A DNA stretch of 63,804 nucleotides, the filler included, from Perkinsus chesapeaki ATCC PRA-425 (Eukaryota > Protista > Perkinsozoa): NCBI GenBank assembly GCA_013115145.1. It is 6 parts of 6 records of this genome, joined end to end, with 100 filler letters (N's around TTAATTAATTAA, not from the genome) between each part and the next. Parts side by side here need not be neighbours in the genome. Positions count along the whole stretch, not along the records: positions 42,722 to 57,010 come from JAAPAO010000757.1; positions 57,111 to 59,563 come from JAAPAO010001600.1; 4 more parts are not named here. One strand, written 5' to 3'. Below the pieces are notes generated by a model, which saw nothing but the letters and a program-made list of their open reading frames with translations, did not search any database and had not been told where the DNA came from. Below are positions 45,742 to 58,106 of the stretch, in pieces (positions within the stretch are counted from its first letter, which is position 1; every line of letters begins with the position of its first letter). The translations under genes were made by a program, and so were the position numbers.

Positions 45742-46364
45742 AGGATTGCCATCTATTATTCGATCGTCATGCTCTCGAAAGCACTTACAAAAAGGGTATC
45801 TCAACTTTGTTTCTGGCTCGCTCACCCTCTTACACAGTACCGTCATCAGGGTGATGGCCTCAGTCTAGGATGTAGCTTTTGCTCGTTCAGGATGTACAGA
45901 TTTGCCAGTTTGTAATGTCGTATATCATTGACATTCCTCAAGCTCTAACGTCGGGTATAACGATGCAAAGGACTGCTTCGTTTATGCATAAAGTTGTCCA
46001 TTAACATGAGTCGTGAATGACTCGAAATTGGACTTCATTATAACGACACTCGATAGCTATTGATCAAACAGTCATTTGAGTCGGTTTGCAATAAGCACTC
46101 AGTACTTAGTGGCTAGTTCTGATGTTGCTTAACATACGTTGATCAATCTTGAGATTATTTCTACAGTGCTATATCGCCTTGTGTTGTTAATTCCTCTTGG
46201 ATACTATAGAGGCATAAGCGTTATTTCTCACCAAAGCGACACTATAGGGTAGTCCTCAAATAGAAGAAGATCGGCATGTGTTACTTGATTTCCGTTTCAG
46301 CGAAGCCCGTCACACTGTTCCACGCAAAACCTCGAGCGCAACAGAAACGCGTCCTCATGTCACG

Positions 46365-47600
46365 TCAGAGGCCTAGTCCAGTTCCGGTATAGAATCTGCC
46401 CAGCACCGCCTCCGCCTTTACGCGGAACTTTGTGGCCTTATCATCGCCCTTCGAACCGGCTTCAAAGAGAGCCTCGACGAACCCAGGATGGAAGACAGGC
46501 TGATTATCCAGGGAGCCTAGAGACGCATTAGCATGTGCAGCAAAAGCGAACAAGGAAGGCGTACCTATTCGTCGTGCTTCCCTCATAGCTTTATCCGCTA
46601 GGAATAGCCAATCTTCATTACCAAGCGCGAATTCGAGCCATGCTTGAGCCGCTAGGAACCTCGCTGGAGGCCTCAGCCCAATATGGGATATACCCTTTGC
46701 CAACACTTCCTTGGCAAGTTCTATGTCCCCTTTACTCAAGGCGCAGGTCATGATGTTGACATGAGATTGCCACGGTAAAACCATGCCCATAGTGTCAACA
46801 GCATCGGCCCAGATGAGCGCCAATTCATCAGATTGCCCTGATAAACTAAAAGCTTCAATTGCCATCTCATAAGGTATACTGGTGAGGTCCATGGCCCAGT
46901 TGGAGCGGATTGCCTGTAGCACCATACTCGAAGACGAGAGACCAGCCTATCTTCTGTCTCACCGAAACAACTTCCCTTGTCCCGTAGGCATCCCCTATCG
47001 CATTAAGGCCGACCATAAGAGCGTGAAGGAGTTTGGGATTCGGAGGGTGACGCAGCCACTTTTGCCTAATACAATAATATGGTCATACATCACTGCCGCC
47101 ACTGACCAAGACTTAGCGAGTTCTATAGCTTGGTCTTTTCGCTTCAGTTTTATAGCACAAGCCAAGAGCTTTGTGGTGAGGACGGGATCTCTGAGATCTA
47201 CCCCCAAATTGTAAAAACGGTTTAGTGTGATCATACATGTACCATACTCCAGGGGTCTACAAAACACGACTCTGCGAAAGTAAGGTATCAGGCTGCTCAC
47301 GTTTCGGCTAGTCTTATGACTTCATAAAGATCATCTATTCCAATTTTCTTGTGGTTGAAGTGACCTGCTCAACCAGTCAAGTGAGAACTAACCCTTCTAA
47401 CATACCGCTTTTGCCGCACGCCTGATCTATCTCATTAGCCTTGATTTCACTTTTCAACAAGGGCCGTTCAACACTGACACGGTCCGGTGTGAAAGCCAAG
47501 CGGGGTCGAATGCTTCTCGGGCGAAACATTCGTTAGAGGCAAAAGCCGCTTTGGGAAACACACCGACTGAGTGAACGATTTCGAACACGCATTGCACATG
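46365..47600 (-). CDS. Alpha-helical repeat (PPR/TPR-like) hypothetical protein, multi-exon; start uncertain
   Basis: Coding-like exons ...KIGIDDLYEVIRLAET|...ITLNRFYNLGVDLRDPVLTTKLLACAIKLKRKDQAIEL... and 46365-46925 (YEMAIEAFSLSGQSDELALIW; HVNIMTCALSKGDIELAKEVL), helix-pair patterns reminiscent of PPR repeats. Confidence 0.55.
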
Positions 47601-47630
47601 ACTTGCAGAAACAAATCGGAAACATGGGCG

Positions 47631-50083
47631 TCATTTTCTGGCGCGTGAGAATTTCTTTGATTTCGTTTGCTTAATGGACTGTGATACATCATCAGACTCC
47701 CCGAAGCTGTCGAAGCCTCTGAATATCCGAAGCTCAGGCTCTCCCTGCATGCCCAACTTCTGCGCTAAGTCTTCAGGAATTCCGGGCACACTGCTCATGC
47801 CGCAAGATCGGAGGATACCACTAGCAATTGATATGATCTGATGAGATATTAAACAAATGCTAACACTTAGACCTCGGCCACTCCTCGATTTCACCTGGCT
47901 ATTCCGAAGCTTGGATCTGGATGATTTAAGATGTGCCAACAAGGAAGCGTACATGGTCTCCGCTTGATGTAGCATCGATGCGTTACTTGAAGCCCATCCG
48001 CCTAACAGAGCCAAGTTTACATCATCTACTGACAAGTCGTAGGAAAGCGATTATGAAGAATCCAACTGGTGCAATTGAAACGAATGATAGTGCCTGCTTC
48101 AAACAGCAAGTTTCACGCCAACTTTCCCAGACCCCCACGGCGTCACATACCAGAGAGAGCAGCTGCGGTGAGGTCGTTAGTGTTAAGGAGCCACTGAGGG
48201 TCTAGCTGGGCCCGAGGCAATGGCTGCAGGGGGATAGTGTGCCGTAAAAGCTCCGATACGAAGGAGCTCTCCTCCCTGAAGAGTTCAGATACTTCGTGTG
48301 TACTTGTGCAATGTACTCTGGCAGTAAGAGGACGGCAGTTCCTTCTTTGCCGGCTCGAGCTGTCCGGCCAACTCTATGTACGTAGGAATCAACATGACTA
48401 GGAGCCATTACCTAACCATGGCAACTAACCACTGAGAGTAGGATTGTAATGCCACCTGGATGACTGAGGATACATTGGAGTAGTCCATGCCACGACTTGA
48501 CACATCACTGGTGAACATAATCGCTGATTCAGAGGTTTGGAACTGCGCAGATGCCAGTGTGCCTGGTGAAAGGTGGTTGCCAGGCGGGTAGGGCAGGACC
48601 GTTAGGGCCGGTTACGTTCTGTTTGGCCTTTTTTCTTGTGCATTTCGATCACAGGCATTCTGAACTGGCGATTAAATAAGGTAGAAAAGAATGCAGTCAT
48701 TCGCGCAGTTGGAAAGAACACCATAATCTTGTAGCCGTAAGGGGACCGCCTGTAGAGCAATAAGCATCATCATCCGAGCTAGCAACTGGTAAGGTGGTAC
48801 GTGAGCTCTTCTTGCAATATGTTATGGAGAGCTGTTACGATCTTATCAGCTGGGCAGGTAACATAAAACTGTTTATCATTCATCGATTCTGGGGTCACAG
48901 CCACTGCACCCTGGTCGGCAGGAGGAAGAGTGTCCTCCGTCAGCGTTGAATTTCCTGGCGCGTGAGACGCCTCGGCGTCGCCTATACAGTCTACGAAGGC
49001 GTAACTGAGAGGAAGCATCCTGAGAGCACGAGAGCAACTAAGGGTGGGCATAAAGTGTGGTGCCTCTCTAAAAACTAGAAATGCTAGTTGTTAAGCTCAC
49101 CCTCGATGGCACCAGGTCTGGGCCTTCCCAAGAAGGACCTCTGGTATAGTGGCCGAGCAGAGAACAGTGCGTCGACTATTAGGTAGAACACTATCAACTA
49201 CGTCCAGAGTATCGGCGAAGCTCAGCTCCAATAGACGGTCAGCTTCATCAAGGACCAGCCACTAATAGCAATAATAAGGGAAGTAGCTGCTACAGTGTAT
49301 ACAACACCACCTGCAGCTTCTCAAACAATGTGTGGAACATGAATGTCGCTTCGATGTGGTCCCCTACCCTCCCAGGGGTACCAACTATGATCTTGGGCCG
49401 CCGCTTTCGGAGCATCTATAGACATCAACTTCATTGCCAAGTGAGCACCATTACTCACTTCGAGATCATGACGCCTCGGAACTCCCCCGACCAGTGCCAC
49501 AGCCGACAGGTCCCTATCGTGGTGGGCCAGGAGCCTATCCAGCTCAGTGCATGTTTGCAGCCCTAACTCTCGAGTAGGGCACAACTGATGGCAGCAGCAG
49601 CAGCAGCAGAAGCCCACTAGCGTTCGTAGCTGGACGTAATAAACCTACTACAAGTGCCAATACGCCGCCATGAGACTTCCAATTTGGCATATTAACAATG
49701 GACTCCACTATGGGTAGGAGGAATGTCAGCGTCTTGCCAGTACCGGTCCTGAGTGGGGCTTCAACGGTTACGTCAACGACAAGGACTAACCTAGCTTTGA
49801 TAAGCACATCACAGTCATCATCACCCATCAGCTTCGGCAGAGATCTCATCTGGGTAGCTGTTAAAGCATCAAGCTTCATTACCTAGAGGCCGATGAACAA
49901 CCCCCGCAGGTCGGCGACATCCACCTCGGATATCCCCTTTAAAGTGGCACTGCTTAAATTGAGCTCTGTGAACTTCCTCGTGTTAATGCTCCTCTCTGTG
50001 GTACTCATGCATCTTACCCCAAGTGCAGCTTGCCTTCTAACAGCTGTCCTCACCAATAGTCCCCTCCATGTGGCAAGGTGCAT
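47631..50083 (-). CDS. DEAD-box RNA helicase, Has1/DDX18/Mss116-type, with mitochondrial presequence-like N-terminus
   Basis: Q motif [17 protein letters not shown], Ia PTRELGLQ, Ib [45 protein letters not shown]-terminus [26 protein letters not shown] is Arg-rich with no acidic residues. Confidence 0.92.
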
Positions 50084-50286
50084 TATAAGGTCGGTGTAAT
50101 GAGCTCTGTAAGGAGGGCTTCCCTTCAAGGGAAACAACGTAGCTCACGGACCTAGATGGCTCGACGTCGAGAGCTCCCAGATTCCTTTTACGACACTTCA
50201 ACAACTCAACTAGTACAGATGATAGAATGCAAAAACGTTATTATTTCTGTCGGCGCCACTATCAAAGTCGTTTAACATCGTAATTA

Positions 50287-52170
50287 TCAGGCCATCGATA
50301 GCTTATGTAGGCGGCGTGCCTCGGCAACCGAATGAGCCATGTTCGATACATAATTCACCCAACGAGCCTGAACAATAACATATACGGACAGCAGCAGCAG
50401 TCTCAGGCAGGCACCGCAATCAGGCAAACAGGTGCGGAGGAGAATATCGGCAGTGTGTATATACCTGGAGGATATCCTTCACAAGGGCCTTCTGTTGTCC
50501 AGATTCAAGCTCGATGAAGTTATCAGGGAAATCAGGATCGCTGAGAAAAGCGAAGTCCCTCTACTTGCGGCGGAGTGCTCACTCTGGTGTGCAATATTTC
50601 CTTTGTCGTTGCTTATAAGCCAACCTCTCAGCAGCTAATGCCTTGGACTCTTTCCTCGATAAATGCTCGACACTTGGGGCGCATGCCGCCGGATAATGAT
50701 TAGCAGCAAACTATAAAAGTGACCATACCGAAAGCTCGAGGAGATGGTGAGCCTTACCCATTCAAGTTCAGATATGCGTCTGGCGAAGCTGAGGGGGATT
50801 TTAAGTTTGTCCGCTATTGTGGGCGGATCTCTGCGTGTGTCCTCTGGCAAGGCCTCTGGAAATGCCTTGTAGCAGAGAGATAGAGTAACGACTTCTCGAA
50901 GGCCCTGCATTCCTGATCAGTGAGGAAGCGCTGATCCTCAGTTCGACGAGTGGAGCTCACCAGGGCTAGGATCTTCGAACGTTATCTCATCAACGTCCGT
51001 GGCTGATATAGCTGCGGTTGCAATGTGACGGTAGATCATTCCACCGTAGCCCTACGTGGCGAAGACACATCCCTCCGACGCAGCCTTGCGAGACGTACCT
51101 TTTTCTGTTGGGTAGGGACCGTCAGGAACTGTGCCACTCGAAGCCTTCGCTTTCCATCGGCAACAAGTGCTGGAAACTTATAAACAGATGCGCAACTTTT
51201 AATTTGTTGCGTTGTAGTGTCGCGAAGAAGGTAGAGGGTCCACCTGATGAGAAAATCATGCAACCTGGTAAACATTCAAGGTACCTCCCAGCGCCGATGT
51301 CTTCGCCGCCTTCCTGATTGTCGGAGGTCGGCAAGTCGATAGTGCCGCTGGCATCGATGAACCAGAGCATTAGCCACTCTATTCGGCGCCAGAAATCATA
51401 GAGGCTCTCGGGAATCTGCCAACGTTGGTCGGACACATGAAGCGTAGCGCTCTCACAGTGACGAGTGCCAGTGGAGACGGTATCGCGGGGTCCTCTATTT
51501 GAAGCAGGTCATCCTTCAACTTCTTCAATAAGCAATTATCGTTACCATTAGGGCCGAGGCGGAATGCCTTGCAACCTCCATAAAATGGCTTCAACGACTG
51601 AGAATGGTATAGATGAAACCAAAGTTAGAAAGACGAATTACCAAAGGGGAGAAGCGTGCCGTGTGCATGCGTGCAAGAAGGGTGTCGCAATGTCTCTTAT
51701 AAGCGGTCTTCATAAGCTTGTCGTTTGGTAACTAACATATATTAAAAGCCAGCATAAGTAGAGTCATTACTTTAGGGTGCTCAAAAGCAATACCGACGCT
51801 GAAATCTCTGGTGTCAACATCGACACGGATAACAAGTGGTGTGAGCGTCTTTAACCAAACGAAGGACTCGGCTTCGTCAAAGGACTGATGTGCCTATACA
51901 CCAATGGTTCCAAGTGTTGTTGAAACAGGCAGGTCCTTCTCACATAGGCAGGTGGGATACCCTCTTGGGACCCATTAAAGTAGAAGCGGATCACCTCCAA
52001 TACATCTAGTTCGCATACCTACAACCAATAACAGTAGCAGCAGCACTTCTAGCAGCCGAGGAGCCTCACATCAGTGCTGACTTGTGCTTCCTCCTCCTCC
52101 TCTATATCTCCATTAATAACCTCTGCACTCACGCGTCTCTTCTTGGCTGCTGGACTACTCTCCGCTACTC
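50287..52170 (-). CDS. HAT1: Histone acetyltransferase type B catalytic subunit, multi-exon; start approximate
   Basis: DFWRRIEWLMLWFIDAS, SVYKFP...RLRVAQFLTVPTQQKK|GYG, DEITFEDPSP; basic NLS-like N-terminus KRKRV...AKKRR. Confidence 0.85.
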
Positions 52171-52905
52171 TTTCCTTTTTAGTAGGTGCTAGCATTGTGC
52201 CACCACAGTAACGGAGAACTAACACCCGATAACGCTCGATGCTAAGTGCTTTGATGAACTCCCGACAATGGCGTCTTGGCTCTACCGAAGCTTCCCTTAC
52301 TAATTGGTCCCTCCTTTTGTATGTACCGAAGCAGCTGTCATTTGATAGCAGCCACTGACAACCTTCTACTATATACCGGCTAAACTGATGTCCGAGGTTT
52401 TTCTTGCTAGACCACTCCCAGTTTTAGATGTCGAACCAATCCCGCTAGGTAGGATGTCATTTGACCCTGAACACCAACATTGTTGGTGCCTTTTGTCGCC
52501 CAACTTGCTCCAGGAATTGAACGCGACAGATACCGGCAGTGTGACGGATCTAGCGCTGCAGCCGATAGGAATATACGGATTTACTCCACACCTTATATAG
52601 GAGAGCCCCAGCTATGTTAGACCTATAGCGACATCGTAGAGAAGGATGAAGAGAGACCTACAACCGAGGCGATGACTATACGATCAGGTCTCACTATTAC
52701 CAAAGTATTAATTGATAAACTCCAAACCCAACAGTGCTGCAGAAGTCACATCAGAAACGATGGTGGCCAAGTGCGCTGACAGCAGCACTGACCACCTCAG
52801 CAGAAACATAGACATCATGAAGAGGAGACAGTCTACTAGTGGAGATAATGGAACAATGGAATGAATTTAGAGTCGATGGCTCCAGCATGTCAGCAGCAGC
52901 ATGAA

Positions 52906-55900
52906 TCAATCAAAGAAGAAGGCAGACTCACGAACACGTTCAAGCTGGAGGTTACCGCGGCCCGGCAGCTCTGGTAAAAGGAAGGAGTTGACACCAAGCA
53001 TGATACTAATGTCTCGGTATAGGTTATCTAATATAGGTTCACTGTGCAACTTTACGAACCTGTCTCTGATAACAACGTTCATCTCATCGACATCACAGGC
53101 ATGTGTCCAATAGCTGTCATGTACAGCAGCGAAGGTAAGGCCACGCTTCGAGCACTCCTCTGCGGTGAGGAGCATGTGGGTGCCATCGAGACTATGCACG
53201 AAATTTGGAGGAAAGCCCATCCTCTGTTTCGTCTTCGACACTGGCATATCATCAGAATCAACGCTCACCTAAAACTGTCATAGGCCCTCCGTCCCCTTGC
53301 CGAATTATCCTACCTTGACATAGCGCTGCATAGTGCCGTTGGTTCCAGTGGCAGCTGAGTTCTGCAAGGACACATCGATTGAGGCCTGGGCCCTGTACGG
53401 CTGTCGACATGGCATCCCTAGGACCGGAGTTGACCAACACACTGGAAGGTCGTGCGCTGTCAGAACCCTCGATGCCACATCAAACCACTTCTTTATTTTC
53501 ATAGCTTGTTCGAATACTTCATCAATTGACGTCAACACCAACTGGCTGAGGTACTTTGCCATATTCATCACCTCATCAGCATCTACTGTATCACCGATAA
53601 AGTCCTCCAATTGCTTCTTTACCTGGTCACGTGCACCTACCACACTCATCAACATCAACTATAGCTAATGTAACCGACCTAAACTAGTGACACCATAACA
53701 GATTGTCATCACTGTCTGCTTTACAACCTTCCTTTTTAGTACCCCCAACTCTATCGCTTGCTGTGCCAGCTCGTGCCCTTGTGCAGCGTGTCTCTCTACT
53801 TTCGCCTTTACAATATCCAACACTATCATATACACATCTTGTACCTATTCAATGCCTACCATACTACTATCGTATACCCACCATTAATACCTCCTCATTA
53901 GGCAGGATATTAACTGCCTTAGCCCCCCACTCATCCCGGCCTAATGCAGCGTAATGCTGTAGACCATTACAGGAACCATCTTGATGAACAGATATACCAG
54001 TGGCATACTTTGCCGGGCCACCAGGGTGCTTTAAAGCCTCTGCCACCTGAGCCAGTCAAAGGATATTCACAAATAGTAGGAGGGAGGGAGGGAGGACGAA
54101 CCTCGAATATAACAGCCAAGGCCTGCCAAGGATCATCAGCAGCTAACCAGAACTCAGCATTGCCGAGGGGATCTGCCGCTGCTGCCTGGATCTTATCAGT
54201 CTGACTGTCAGTCCAATCAACACGGTCCTGATCATAATGTTGGACATTTGATAAGTTAAATGCCGAAAAGATTCGATAGTGAAATACACGAGCAGCAAAG
54301 CCAAGATTGTCACCTGGAGCTTGAGCTTATCGTATCCGAAGAAGTTCGCTAAATGTAGCCTGAGCCACCACCATCCACGTTCGCCCAATGGCTTCTTTTC
54401 ACTAACAGTTAATAGTGTGGGCTCCCCTTTATATATATAAGTAAGTACTTGAACATTAGTAATCCACGGCATAGATCATCACCTTGATGTTGCAGATGTG
54501 GTGGTAGAGGATAACATCTACCTCGAAAATCCAGGTTGTGAGGGAAGTACCTTCAATGAAACCGTCAAACCAGCAATACCACCACAGACTCGATTCTGCT
54601 GGCATTACAGTCCCGTATTGATATTCCTGAAAGCCCTCGCACTCTTCAGTTTCAACAAGAAGGTCGGTCGAACAGATGCAAGCTTCTCGTTTTCTTTATA
54701 AGCCTTCATCACAGCCAGCTTAGCTGTCTTCATTGCCTTATCCGTAAGCCCCTCCCAGTCACCAGGCATCCGTGGTATACTAAGATCGTCCCTCGGAGGT
54801 ATGTCAGCCAGCCTTAAATCCTTCGCCCACACTTCTTCAACTACATCTAAAACCTGTACAAGCGATTGAAAAGTGACTGAAATTTCGTGGCGCGCGACAT
54901 AATTTCTCACCTTCTCGTTGATCTTAAACGGTGTTGATCCAAGGTAGTCCAATATACTCTGTACTCTCGTTAGATCCACATGACGTATGTCCCTGGACGT
55001 TATCTTGCTTCCTAAACAAAAATGCTATTTCAACAGCGGAGCGAAGCACCCATTGTTAACCTGTAAAACGAATGAATGGAGTTCGATGGGTGAGATATCC
55101 TCCTTTCCAGAAGCCCCTCCATGGGTTAGGTTTGCATACCAATGGCTGCAACTTGGTAGCTAGAAGATGGCCGGGGGACCCATCCCGATGCTTCGAGCTC
55201 TCACCGTCGCCGGAGGCGCCGGTCTGACCGAGACACGTGATTAAGGGCAGTACTATTCACAAATGATATCTCACCTGGTTCCGCAGTAAAGCATCAGCCG
55301 CCACTTTCCTCAAGCACAACTCTCCATACACTTTAGTTTGCCTTCGAACCAATCTGTGACGGAATGCCCGCATCAATACCTACCCTGTAGAATCCCCAGC
55401 TTGCATCCCCTTTGCCACTTACCTTGCTATGATCTCCTCCGGCATGCTTACTTTTAAATAGGTTATACCGTTGGTTAGGGTCTCTGCCTGCTGCCCTCCC
55501 CGCTACTTGGAATCCGAACTCTAGTGAGGGTGTATCCGATATGTCCGTTATGCCACTAGGTAAGATAGGTTTGCCAGACTGGGGATGTGCAGCAGTCAGC
55601 TCCTAATAATACAATTCAAACATCACTACAATGAATGCTAATTCATCATCACTTCTATAACGGTAGATAATTGCTATAATATATCTCCAATTCTCAGTGT
55701 TAAAATACCCTACTTTAGCGTCTTCTTAGTTCAACAACTGCGCAATTTCCTAACCAAACGGGCACTACTAATTCGCTCTTTGGTACAAGAATCGATTGGG
55801 GCCCTGTCAAACTACATATCGAACCTTCCTCCTTATCGATGTAAGTACCGTACTACACGCTCCTTTCCTCACAAAGCACCTGTTTACCCCCTAACTAGCA

Positions 55901-57010
55901 AGGTAATATCATATCCATATTTCCACATATACCAACTCGTAGCCCTTCCCTAATCACCTCGGTAAAGCTAACATCTGTATGATCATCATCTTCATTATTC
56001 TCCTCTTCTAACACTGTTATCGTATTGAAAGCCGTCTCACCAGAGAATGCTGCCGTAGCAGCTTCGACCTCTGTTGCCTCACCATGCCTCAAAGCCGTCT
56101 AGTAACCAACCAACTTGAAGCCCATCACCCCATACAGCGATGCTGACCTTGTCCAACCGAGCCTCCTCACTGAGCTCCATCTTACAAGCATGATAGTCAC
56201 CATGGACGAAGGCCTCCGCCATCAGAGTCCTCACAAGCATACCACCCACTTGAACCTGCTGCCAATCGATAAAATCCCAATTGGAGTTAGGCCTCCCTTC
56301 CTTCCCACCCTCTCTATCGTATCCCAGTCCTGATCAGGTCCAAGCTTAGATTCCATCATACGTTGTAATTGCCGACCACTTCCACCAACATTACCCTTAC
56401 TTGCCTCCAGTATCCTTTTCATACGGAACTCTGAGATGATGATATCAGCATGCCCTTCAAGTGAGTATAATGTCAGTATTCAATCACTACTGGTGATACG
56501 GAAGAGCCTTCTGTTGAGCCACACTCCCGAACTCTAATTTCCGATCCTTGAACTCTATAGAGACCGTACAGCGTTTCAACTGCGACCTCTCTGCACATTA
56601 CATTGCGAGAGAAGACGTCGAAGTTTGTACTGTTAAGGTATTCGAAGAGTTATCGGATGAATTGAATAATTGTTGCCCTTTCCTTCACTTACTCCCATGA
56701 AGATTCTCCAGTCTCCTCCGATTAAGCTCGAAGTTAACCTGCGTCCCAACTTGGCTGCAGACTGATGCTACCGGACAGGAGAACACTCGTACAGGCAGTT
56801 CCTCTACTTTACCAGCTTGAGCATTCCAATGCCTATTAAACAATCTTCATCAACATAATCACCTTACGGCTACCTTAATGTCTCTGTAGCTCTATCATGG
56901 GCCTCTTGTACAACACCATCGGACCCTCTAGGGGCAGCAAAGGGGTGTCGACCTCCACTTGGCGTACAAAGCATATTCAATACATTATGGACAGTCACCA
57001 CAGATACTAA
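52906..57010 (-). CDS. POLRMT: T7/T3-like single-subunit mitochondrial RNA polymerase, multi-exon; 5'-partial at contig edge
   Basis: [23 protein letters not shown]; motif [19 protein letters not shown]; motif [17 protein letters not shown]; [10 protein letters not shown]; motif [10 protein letters not shown]; C-terminus SAFFFD*. Confidence 0.95.
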
Positions 57011-57110
57011 NNNNNNNNNNNNNNNNNNNNNNNNNNNNNNNNNNNNNNNNNNNNTTAATTAATTAANNNNNNNNNNNNNNNNNNNNNNNNNNNNNNNNNN
57101 NNNNNNNNNN
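57011..57110. other. Artificial contig joiner
   Basis: 44 N + TTAATTAATTAA + 44 N. Confidence 0.97.
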
Positions 57111-57112
57111 CG

Positions 57113-57157
57113 TTGGATGAGGGAGTACTACTTTCAAAGTAGTACTCCCTCATCCAA
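57113..57157. repeat. Perfect 22-bp inverted repeat with 1-nt centre
   Basis: TTGGATGAGGGAGTACTACTTT-C-AAAGTAGTACTCCCTCATCCAA. Confidence 0.95.
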
Positions 57158-57734
57158 AGTAAACTTCGACTAACTGAGTAACTGTGTTGAACACAACGTG
57201 TTTGCGTACACGTAGATTGGTGTAGAACTTAAATGCAATTAGAGCGCTTATACCTGTTGTATCAGGGATGTAGTATTGGTATTCTGGCTCAAGCTCCTTT
57301 GCCGTGTTATTCTTGAGTCAGGAACCACAACACATTCAGACCCTGTCTTACAAAGGTTACTTTTGCGTGAGGAGCCACTTTTGAGAAATGGCCCCCCCGC
57401 GCACGATCACGATATATTAACGAATGTTTGCCCAAGTCCTGACGTTGTCCACGTCGGCCGGGACAGCGAGCTTGTAGAAGGCTGCAATTGTGTTTTTCAA
57501 GTTGAACGCGACCTCTAGTCGCCCTATGTGATGCTGAAATTGGTAATATCGAATTACGCATGCGTTCCAATATGCGCCGGGTATCGTACGGCACGCACGA
57601 GCAAGGCTTGCCGGCTAAGCCGCCGGGCTTCTCGTACTTGTTGTGTAGTAGTGAGTTTACCAACTTTCTCATTCTCAGTTGGGTTCCACCTGCGTACTTC
57701 TCTCCCTCGTTCGTCAAGCCTCGATATCGCCAGA

Positions 57735-58106
57735 ATGAAGTTTATCGTCACTGCCCTACTTCTTGTCGTTGCTGCCGCCAATGGTAATTGTAATGCTGAC
57801 GAACAAAAGAAGATATCCACTATGGTTTTTTCGGAGTACCTTTACTATTGCGGTAAAAAAGCCCTACTTACCCCGTCTAATATCTCTCCATGTCTGGTAA
57901 AAGGCTGCCACTTTACACAACAATGCGCTAACTGCTTTGCTGACTCTGGGAAATGCGTAGTGAAACACTGCATGTTCAACTGTGCAACCCCGGCTAGTGA
58001 CAAGTGTAAAAGCTGTATGGCGAAGAACTGTAATGCTGCCCTAGAAGCATGCACTGGCATGTCGGAGCCACCACAGGCTCCTACCAAGCAGTCGCAGCAA
58101 TGCTAA
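57735..58106 (+). CDS. Small secreted cysteine-rich protein (14 Cys); true start is internal to the 57528 ORF
   Basis: CAG immediately upstream of ATG; signal peptide MKFIVTALLLVVAAANG; regularly spaced Cys (CANC, KHCMFNC, CKSC, KNC, EACTG). Confidence 0.85.
   Translation: MKFIVTALLLVVAAANGNCNADEQKKISTMVFSEYLYYCGKKALLTPSNISPCLVKGCHFTQQCANCFADSGKCVVKHCMFNCATPASDKCKSCMAKNCNAALEACTGMSEPPQAPTKQSQQC

Larger units (their letters stand above)
42794..46200 (+). repeat. Tandem segmental duplication of ~0.8 kb (42794-~43590 vs 45420-~46200)
   Basis: High identity over the CDS and proximal 3' flank, decaying distally (shared GGACTTCATTATAACG, ACTTAGTGGCTAGTTCTGA, GTTGTTAATTCC). Confidence 0.9.

Noticed and set aside
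42759-45868. Overlapping ORFs 42759-43007, 42775-43194, 45248-45868 and 45307-45633 as conserved overlapping genes
   Set aside because: Shadow frames of the Cys-rich gene; their apparent conservation just reflects the recent duplication.
57528-57734. N-terminal 69 aa of the 192-aa ORF
   Set aside because: Starts at a non-ATG codon; a CAG acceptor plus ATG and a clear signal peptide at 57735 define the likely real start.
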